A stretch of 64,000 nucleotides of DNA from Bugula neritina (lineage: Eukaryota; Animalia; Bryozoa): the NCBI GenBank assembly GCA_964035545.1, contig OZ037773.1, positions 6,167,751 through 6,231,750 on the forward strand, written 5' to 3'. The notes beneath the pieces were generated by a model that did no database searches, was not told the origin of the DNA, and saw only the letters and a list, made by a program, of their open reading frames with translations. Within the stretch, counting starts at the first letter, position 1; every line of letters starts with the position of its first letter. A program made the translations under genes and the position numbers. This document shows, in pieces, positions 51,023 to 64,000 of the stretch.

Positions 51023-52896
51023 AACTGGTGACTAACTAGCAACTTTAATTTACTCAGTTGATGTTATAAGTAAAGCAACAATAAAATATAAACAAAAGTA
51101 ATACTAATAGGTATTAAAAATAAATTATTGTCATTAACTGTAAGTAATTACTGATAGTGACAGTGATTACACTGAAAATTATTATTACAATTTCTTAAAC
51201 AAACAATCATAAAGGGGCAACTTCAATTTTGACGCTGATTTTTTATTATTACTATTATTATAACAGTATGAATGAGTGTCGGCGTGAGTGCTGCAATCTC
51301 TGCGTGACTGAGTGACTGTAAGAGTAAGAGTTAAAGCTGTTAGTCAAAGTGAGTGACACTCACATTGATTGAGTGATTGAGAGTCTGAGGGTGACCGTAA
51401 CTGTAAGTGCAAGCCGTAAGGCGTAATCACTCTACTCACAGATTCAGTAAAACTATGACTATAACTATAAGTATTAGTATGACTATCACTATGGGTATCC
51501 ACTATTCTAATTTTTATCCTAATTTCTACTTAAGCTTATCCTTTTATATCCAAGCTCACTTAATACTTAATAGTTACGTTCTAAATTCCAAAGCACTTCT
51601 TAAATTCTCTATCAATCATAACATAGCCCATTTTTAGTGCCTACGGCTAACGATTACTACTAATATTAAAAATCTATCCAATTACTACAAGAAACTCGTA
51701 AAATACAATAAAATAAAAATGTGTAATCACAGCAAACTTCAACGAGCCATAGTTAAAACCGGAAACCTTTTCCAACTTTTTGTATAGAGTTCAAGGTCAT
51801 CCCCACAAGGTTCACCATCGACTTCAACGCCAAACTCATGTTTCCCTTAGTTTACTTTCACTTAGCAGTGTACACTAACAACCAACGTCTACGATGTACA
51901 ATGACAACCACAGTCACAGCTTAAACGGACATTAGAAATTACATTGTGCTGGTATTGTAGCATTTTTATTTATGAAATTTGATTCAGATTGCTATGATAA
52001 CGAACTCATCACTTCAAGTTCAACTTCATAAATCATAATGATAATCATAATCATAATGATATTGATATAGTTTTACTTTTAACTTTTAGTTTTATTCCTA
52101 CTTTTAGTCCTATTCTTACTCTTAGTCTCATACTTGTTATCTGTAGTTATAGATATAGTAATACTCAAATAATAATACTAATAGTTTAGTAATACTAATA
52201 GTAATACTAATACACTAATAGACATAGTTATAGTAAATCACTAAAAGTTAATGCAATACTAATAGTAACACTAACAGTATTACTATTAGTAATGCTCATA
52301 CTCATAGTCATAGTAATACTAATACTAATAGTAATACTAGTATTAGTAATACTGTATTACTATTACTATTAGTATTAGTATTACTAATATTACTATTAGT
52401 ATTAGTACTATGATTATGTGTATGTTTATAGTATGTAAAGTATAAGTATAACTTAGTATAAGCCTAAGCATAATAATAAAGACCAATCTTTTACTTTGAA
52501 GATTTTATTATTTAATTATACAGTAAGAATGCCTTAGAATCACTCAACTAGTGATGTAGGCGCAGCAATGAACTAACTAGCTTTCATGAAGCTAAGAGCT
52601 TTCAACAAAATTCTATTTAATGATTAATTCTTTGTCAAAATCTCCATTTTTGCACCTAACTGAAGGTAATTAGTTCAAATATTTTGAATCAGAAATGCCA
52701 ATAACTTAGTGAATAACTATAAGTATAACTCTAAGCAAATATCATTTTGATTTTCATCATGATAGTTATCATTATAGTTATGATAATGATTGCTATCCAT
52801 TTCCATTTTGAATTTATGTTTTATAGTCATGCTAAACTGCTACTTAGTATTATATTGTTCTATTTTTAGCTCGAAATTTTTTGAAACCCAAGAATC
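51023..52896. promoter_or_regulatory. Head-to-head promoter region of ACTR10/COX18 with 6-bp-periodic ACT/AGT tracts
   Basis: Divergent ATGs at 51022(-) and 52897(+); AGT AAA ACT ATG ACT ATA ACT ATA AGT ATT AGT ATG ACT ATC ACT (~51446-51490); ETS-like ACCGGAAAC at ~51758. Confidence 0.55.
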
Positions 52897-55800
52897 ATGC
52901 TCACAATGACAAATACAATGATTTGTCACTCTTGTCGCATTTCAAGGTCTCACGTGCTGACAAAATATCAAGGTATAACTGATGGGTGCCTTGTGATTAT
53001 TAATTATATTTATTATCTACTTTCAAAATGTTTGATTCAGTCCTTAGCTTTAAATTATTGACCAGACTGTGTATTAATTTTTCAAAATTACTTTTTTCTA
53101 GCGTTATTTAATTTCATTACTAACGTTAAAATTATAATATATATTTTTGTATCTAAAACTTAATACGTTAAATCGTTAATCTAAATTTTTTTAACTTGCA
53201 GTTATATTTTGCAATTTCTGATTAGTATATTTTTAGTAGTTGGACCCAAAAGTAGAATATCTAGGCGGACGAACTCCACTTTTCTACAGACTATTGATCA
53301 AAGTTTGCAGTTATCTACCACAAATCCCCTATACCAAGGAACAGCTTCATTGCTTGATTCCGTCCATTCAGCTACAGGTTGTTGTAAAAGAAACTTCAGC
53401 TCATAAAAACCTGATTTATTCTGATTATGCAGCATTTTTTTTATTTTATTTTTTTGTTAAATGTTCATTATATTATATAAAGCTGCTTTATGAAAAACCT
53501 ACATTTATTTGAACTGTTGTCCCACTTTACCATAAATTTTAGAATTTGGAGAGTATGAGGTTTTTCATTAGGTCTAGAGTAAAATGTTTTGGGACGGGTT
53601 TTACACAGAATATTAACATTTTTTGCAAGTCACTGGCATAGGTACTTATTATTCAATTCAGAGTTAAGAATATAAACTTACACTATTCTTAGTGTGCACA
53701 CTTGAGCATACTCGGTGCCCCTAAGGTTAATATAGTCATTATTGCAATATTCACTAATATAATTTTACTGTATTACATTTTCTGTCCATTATTTGCTGCA
53801 GGTCTACCATGGTGGATGTCTATAGTGGCTACTACTTTCTGTGTCAGGTCTCTACTACATGTGCCATTAATGGTCGTAGCTCACCGTGGCCAGGTGTGTC
53901 TCTAGAAATCGTTGTAACTCATTCTCAACTCTTACGTCAGTAGATTGTTTATTTAATAAAACATAGCTACTTTTTTATATCTTTATTTGTTCTTTAAACA
54001 TATATTTTTATTGACTTTTTATGTGGACCACAGGCTAAGTTGGTGAATCTAAAGCCACAGCTTGATGAAGAGTTCAAAGAGCTGTCTAACAAGCTAAAGC
54101 AAGCTAAATGGGTGTATAAGATGTCAGATAAGCAGTTTCTAGCAGCAGCAGCTGCCTCTAGGGCAAAGGTTAAGTTTCTGTTCTTTAGGCTGCCATTGCA
54201 ACACAGCTAGAATATATATGCCTCTAACTCTATGTAGTATATATTCTACTAGTTCAACCAAAGAGTATATATTCTGCTAGTTCAGCCAAAGAGTATATAT
54301 TCTGCTAGTTCAATCAAAGAGTATATATTCTGCTAGTTCATCCAAAGCGTATATATTCTACTAGTTCAACTAAAGAGTATATATTCTACTAGTTCATCCA
54401 AAGCGTATATATTCTACTAGTTCAACCGAAGAGTATATATTCTACTAGTTCATCCAAAGCGTATATATTCTACTAGTTCAACTAAAGAGTATATATTCTA
54501 CTAGTTCATCCAAAGCTTATATATTCTACTAGTTCAACCGAAGAGTATATATTCTACTAGTTCATCCAAAGCGTATATATTCTACTAGTTCAACTAAAGA
54601 GTATATATTCTACTAGTTCATCCAAAGCTTATATATTCTACTAGTTCAACCGAAGAGTATATATTCTACTAGTTCATCCAAAGCGTATATATTCTACTAG
54701 TTCATCCAAAGCGTATATATTCTACTAGTTCAACCGAAGAGTATATAAAATTCTACTAATTCAACCAAAGAGTATATATTCTACTAATTCAACCAAAGAG
54801 TATATATTCTACTAGTTCATGTTTTGTTTATAGTTACTTCGGCAGTTCTACATGAAGCACAACGTACATCCTCTAAAAGGAGTTGTGGTCTCGCTCACCC
54901 AGCTGCCTGTTTGGATCCTCATTTCTCTGACTTTGCGTGAATTTGCCGGGCGTTTCACCAATACACCGCGAGAAGATTTTCTTACAGAAGGAGGACCATG
55001 GTTTGCTAATCTCACCTTGGCAGATCCAACCCTAGCACTTCCTATTTCTCTAGGTATTACTGTGTGTTGCGACATCTAGTGGTAGAACTTGAGATAAAAT
55101 TATGTATTATTGATCAGCCTGGAATATCTATAAATTTATTTTTCAGTTAGAAGTTGTCAAAAGGATAGAAAGAAGGATTAGTGTGTGTTATTAAAGTTGA
55201 AATTGTCAAAAGAATGTAGAGACAAAATGCTTTGTGTTATTAAAGTTTCAAACGTAATTTTGACTAGCTTATAGTGTATTTTTATCAATAGAAAATAAGT
55301 GTTGACTTTTGTCTCAAGTCTGGCAGTTATTTTAAGAGTTGTCCCATCTTAGTTATTATCTACGCACAATTGGATCAAATTATGTCACTATATCTATGAG
55401 CATAAGCGTGTGGTTACAGCCCTGCACCAATATGTCTAGTATATCTTATATACATGTGTTGAAATATCCTTACACATTGTGATCCACAGGGCTGGTGACT
55501 TTGCTGAACATAAAGATGGGGAAAGCCATGAATCCCGCAATGACCTCTTTAGCTCAACGAGATATCCGAATGGAGAAGAAAGTTGCAGTCACAATGTATT
55601 TGTTATCAATAGCCATGGTCCCTTTAGCCGCTATACAGCCCAGTTGCATCAGCCTTTACTGGCTCACCTCAGCTGTCTTCAGCTCTGTTCAGAACTTGGG
55701 CTTTGCTGTTCCTTTTGTGCGCAGGTTTTTAGGTTTGTGTTTAGTTTTTGACATGTTTATAATTTTTAATGACGGCATATTTCACTGATACAAATACAAG

Positions 55801-56260
55801 TCTTGGTTTTAAAACACCACAGTTTTTACAGTATATTTGAAAGTTTTCAAAGAAAGTGAGAAGTTAGTGTTATTTGCACTTTGTACTAAATGAAATTCCG
55901 TTGGAAAACAATTTTTGATAGTGACAAGCTTCCCGTGGCTTCAAGTTTGCTGTTCAAGTTCTATTTTAAAAGAGGCCATGTTATATATTCTATTAAGTTG
56001 GCATCATACTCCATCTGTAAGTAATCTGTTCAATTCACAGCTTCTAAATGTAGCAAGTTTTTACATGATCACCTACCTCATGGAGTTGTTTTGTGCAAAA
56101 AGTTTCATCACATGATTTTGCACATAAATTCTGTCACGTGTTTGAACCTTTAACTGAGTTTAATAAATTGAATTGTATATTTGCTACTTTCTCTCATCAA
56201 GGTATTCCACAGCATGCAGCTGAGCCAGACATACACAGACTGTTTAGAGCTCGCAGTTGA
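52897..56260 (+). CDS. COX18: Mitochondrial inner membrane insertase COX18 (Oxa1/YidC family)
   Basis: VHSATG|LPWWMSIVATTFCVRSLLHVPL; KHNVHPLK..QLPVWILISLTLR; TEGGPWFANLTLADPTLALPISLG; PSCISLYWLTSAVFSSVQNL; exons approx. 52897-52972, 53237-53377, 53802-53893, 54034-54168, 54834-55053, 55490-55732, 56201-56260. Confidence 0.88.
54236..54818. repeat. 28-bp minisatellite (GTATATATTCTACTAGTTCAACCAAAGA)n with alternating variants
   Basis: About 21 copies filling a COX18 intron; ends about 15 nt from the acceptor. Confidence 0.95.
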
Positions 56261-56574
56261 GTGGAAATCTCTACAGAAGTCTCTACAGAAGTCTTTACAG
56301 AAGCCTTTACAGAAGCCTCTACAAAAGTCTGGAAGTTTCCTGCCGGTACCTTTGACTTGCTGGTACTTTTGACCTGCCGGTACTTTTGACCTGCTGGTAC
56401 GCTTCTTACTGGAGCCTCGTTCCTGCATGTCTCTAACATTATGAAATCAGTAACGTCATTCTAAAGTGATGGAATATCACTTCTGAATGAATACAATAAC
56501 TGTTATTTAATGGAGTTTGTTGTACCTGTGTAATAAGAGTTTGCATTGTCTTTGATTCAAATGTCTGGTTGATT

Positions 56575-56772
56575 GGGTACCTTGTAGCCTATGTTGCCAT
56601 GACAACCTGTGGTGGCTTTGTAACCTATGTTACTACGACAACCTATGTTACTATGGTAACCTGTGGTGCCCTTGTAACCTATATTGCTATAGCAAACTAT
56701 GTTGCTATGACGACCTGTGTTACTATAGCAACATATGTTACTATGGTAACCTATTTTGTAATGGTAACCTGT
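56575..56772. repeat. Degenerate ~18-bp repeat (AACCTATGTTACTATGGT-like)
   Basis: Recurrent aacctatgtt/aacctgtg motifs downstream of COX18. Confidence 0.7.
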
Positions 56773-57696
56773 AGATCTTTGTTGAGTTTAAAATCCAAAC
56801 ACTGCAAAGGCCAGGAAGGCAGTTGACTTTATGGTTGCAAATTTAATAATGAATGTTTGGTAATCCCATTCTAAGTTTAACCTTAGAAATTATCGCATAG
56901 CATCAAAACTCAGCGCATAAATTTTGTCGTGTCACATCATTTTGAAAAGACTGATAGTAACAGTATTTTATATTTTAAAGTTTTTCAAATAGTTTTGTTG
57001 CGACATTCAACTAATTGTTATAAAATCTTTTAACAAAATATATTATGGATTATTCTAATAATTTGTGTCTATTTCTACTACTATTACGACTCCTATTACT
57101 GCTAGCACCACCATTACCACTACTGCTGCTACTGTTAATATTGCTAATGACAAGATAATATTTTTGGCTTGTGAGTTTTTTTTTAATATTGTTCACCTAT
57201 TTGATCAGCTGGGAAGTTTGAAAGTATCTTTACCAAAAGTTTCATGTGAGAGAAAATACAATACAATGCTGCTATGTATTCATATAATGCTATTGATTTT
57301 ATTCTAATTTGCTGAAACTACATATAATTGTAATAAACAATTTAAATGACACACATTATTTTAGTGCCTTGAAATTTGAAAAGCATGAAATGAATATATT
57401 AATACTTCGTAGAGTTATGACTGCATTTTCGTATTGCTAATTTTGCAGAATAGTTATAAAAATTAATCGATACAAAAATAGTTGTGGTAACCTTTTTGCA
57501 GATATACAAGATGCTAAACATTAACCATAATGTTTGTTTGGTTACAAAATATGCACTAGCCGTTATTGAGATTCTTGAAAACATATAACCATTGCTTTTC
57601 TACTGTCTGGAACACTTTGGGGTAAATCTGTTCTGAGACAATATCTAGAAAGTTCTGAAATAGGCTAGAAAGAGTTCACAATAATTTGTCTTCTCT

Positions 57697-61496
<3,800 letters not shown>

Positions 61497-61570
61497 TTTG
61501 GTCCTCATAGCTACAGCTTGCTTTTTTCTTGTAACATCTGTTACATAACTTTAAAGTCAATAGCTTTTAA

Positions 61571-61578
61571 TTTATATA
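61571..61578 (-). promoter_or_regulatory. Candidate TATA box of the PAN-FReD gene
   Basis: TATATAAA on the minus strand about 75 nt upstream of the ATG at 61496. Confidence 0.4.
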
Positions 61579-62956
61579 TGAAATGAAAACATTGATTTCC
61601 AATAAAGTTTTCTTAGAATTCATTACATTGGCTCTTTAAAACTGTAATTTTGTTTTGTAAACTCTTTAAGTGGCTTTGATTTTGTGCATTTATGCATTGT
61701 CATTAAACTGTGTAATTTGCAGATACTTAAGAGTTATTATAGATTTCATGTGTCAAAATCAATTTAGGCCTGATTTCAGTATTGTACCTACTACAGAGCC
61801 TTGCAGTTGTCTTCTCTAAACACTATACTAGCTCAGCAATGACCTCTTTCTAAAGTATTCAAGTATATACTGACCCATCCAGCACTGATAAAAATAAAAA
61901 TATCCTGAAACTTTCAACTTGTCCTGGAAAGAAAAGCATATCTACATGCAGATGATATCATGAATTATCACATATATCTTATATTATGTTGTTTATTTGT
62001 TTATGAAATAAAGATCATAAAAGTAATGAAACAGTACAACATGTGGCTTAAATGCCTATAAATACTAAAAAAGACAATTGGACAACAGTTTTATGTGGCA
62101 TATAAGTGTTATAAGATGAAAGATTTGCCAAATGATTGAAGATGCTTTGCCAACTATTATTTTGAGCTAGGTAGTTACCAGTCTGCCTGGTTGAATCATC
62201 CTAGCTGCTGTGTAATTTTTTTTTTATATTTTCAGTCAAGAAGTTTTGCTCTTCAACTATGATTGTTGTGGCTATGTTTGCATTTTATATTGGGGAAGAG
62301 CTTTAACAGCTTTATTTTCTTAGAATAGTTGGCATAGGCATTTCAATAATTTTTAACTATAATTGAACTGAGATGTCCTTTAAAATTATAAGTTCGTCGT
62401 AAAGTAATGCACTATTAGTTATAGAGAAATATAACTATTAGTTAAACTATGTTATATTAGACTTAGCACTAATGAATAACTAATATAATATACCTGATAT
62501 AATACAATGCATTATAGTTTCACTAATAATATAAAGAAGCCGTGTAGATCTAACATGAGACATCTTGAAAAGAAGCAAACTAATAACTAACAATTTACTT
62601 CACAATGTATTTTGATTTATCTATACGAAGAATTGTGCTTTCTTTTCTTTTTTTGTTTTATTATATAATTATGTAAACTGATTTTACCCACAGTTAGTTC
62701 ATCATTATTTAATTGCCTGCTGTAATAAAGATGCGTTTACACTAAATATGTGTATAAAATTTATCCACACACGCACACACACTCGTTTGCACACGCACAC
62801 GCAACATGTACCAATATACACAAAACTCAGCAAGTATAACCTCACAATAAAGTCAATTTTTGAAGTTTTGAATGTCATACAGCTGTACACACATATATAT
62901 ATATATAGAAAGTTCTAGAATACGTGGGAGACAACCCACAATGAGATCTCTTCTGT

Positions 62957-63713
62957 CTAACCATCGCGAGAAACTCTCATCACTATGTACTTCAAGGCTG
63001 TAGAAAATGTGAAATTCTCCCCTTCCCAGACTGCATTGTACTTGTCTGAATAACTTGAGTTAGCCAATCGGCCATTTAAGTTACACTTGAAACATTCTCC
63101 CTCTGCCGCATACCACCAGCCAGCTGTAACACAAGTATTCTATTAGTTGCAACTTGCATGGAGTTGTCTTCTTTTTGAAGTAGAAACTGAATTACTTAAG
63201 CAGATGAAAACCTTTGTTTTTTATCATTATATATATGCCTGATTTTATATTTGATCCGCCGTTTGCATGATAAATTACTTGTTTCTGTCAAGTTACCACC
63301 TTAATGAGAGAAACTTTTAAATAGTTGAGCATGTGTATCCATGCTAACATAGAAAGTGTTTTAAAACAATAGCCAGCACACCTTGTTTGCCTCACTAATA
63401 CTCAGTAGCAATTATTCTAATTGCAAAAAGGAATTCTTGCCTTAAAAAATATGAATCTAAAATCTAAATTAATAATAAGCTATTGAGATTTTACTTTGGT
63501 TTGCAAATAGCAGTGCAGGCATCATATAAATTTTGTTTCTAAACTTTTAATTTAATTTTGGTTAAATTTTAATTTAATTTAATGTTATGGCTTACTTCCA
63601 TATGTCTTTGAGCAGTTGTTGTTGTAGTTTGTTTTGTCGGAAGTAGAGAAAAAGTTGTCCTTCTCTCTGACATAAGACAGCGCATCACCAGCATTTCCTG
63701 TATAACCATCTAC
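62957..63713 (-). CDS. 3' end (last two exons) of a tandem FReD paralogue; 5' part outside window
   Basis: Exons 63596-63713 (VDGYTGNAGDALSYVREKDNFFSTSDKTNYNNNCSKTYG) and 62957-63123 (TGWWYAAEGECFKCNLNG...VMRVSRDG*). Confidence 0.88.
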
Positions 63714-64000
63714 CTGTTAATTCAAGTGTGATACGTTATAAGGATTTCTAGCTGCAGACGTTACAGCTTTTAATTTTTTTTTGATGTAAAATGTATGTCA
63801 AAATTAGCATGAAACATTTAATTTACTCAGCAATTATAGCAAACTATTAAATTAATATTGTAAGGAATTTGTGTTATAGTGTATATATCGAACAGGCAAC
63901 TCCTTGTTTTACTACGTAGTATTTCACAAATATTAGAGGCGATGTAACTAGTCTAGTACACGCCTACTGATGCTCATACAATGGATATCTAGTTAACGAT

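Noticed and set aside
47334-54818. Regular 28-37-bp repeats suggesting CRISPR arrays
   Set aside because: Head-to-tail units with no unique spacers, inside spliceosomal introns, no cas genes

Overview
AT-rich, intron-rich genomic DNA from an invertebrate animal; there are no prokaryotic features. The ORF track is mostly noise from minisatellites, so genes were rebuilt by hand from splice sites and reading phase. From left to right: (1) an RRBP1/kinectin-like ER coiled-coil gene (-, runs off the left edge) whose introns hold many minisatellites, a hAT-type MITE and a deleted pogo-like element; (2) DNAJC17 (+); (3) a very short 170-aa divergent TGF-beta-family ligand (+) flanked by ~0.5-kb direct repeats; (4) an unrecognised 330-aa secreted protein with three exon-pair-encoded 'RPTG' repeats (-); (5) PDCD2 (-) with a ~160-aa low-complexity insertion; (6) ING1/2-like (+); (7) ACTR10 (-); (8) COX18 (+); (9) a PAN/apple + fibrinogen-domain gene (-) and the 3' end of a tandem paralogue. 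The six housekeeping genes form three head-to-head pairs. Their promoter-proximal DNA shares a non-tandem 6-bp-periodic ACT/AGT signal that also appears to run into the PDCD2 coding insertion. The most novel items are the mini TGF-beta, the RPTG-repeat secreted protein, the 6-bp periodic promoter signal, tandemly amplified splice sites in ACTR10, and an exon-limited homogenisation between the fibrinogen-domain paralogues.
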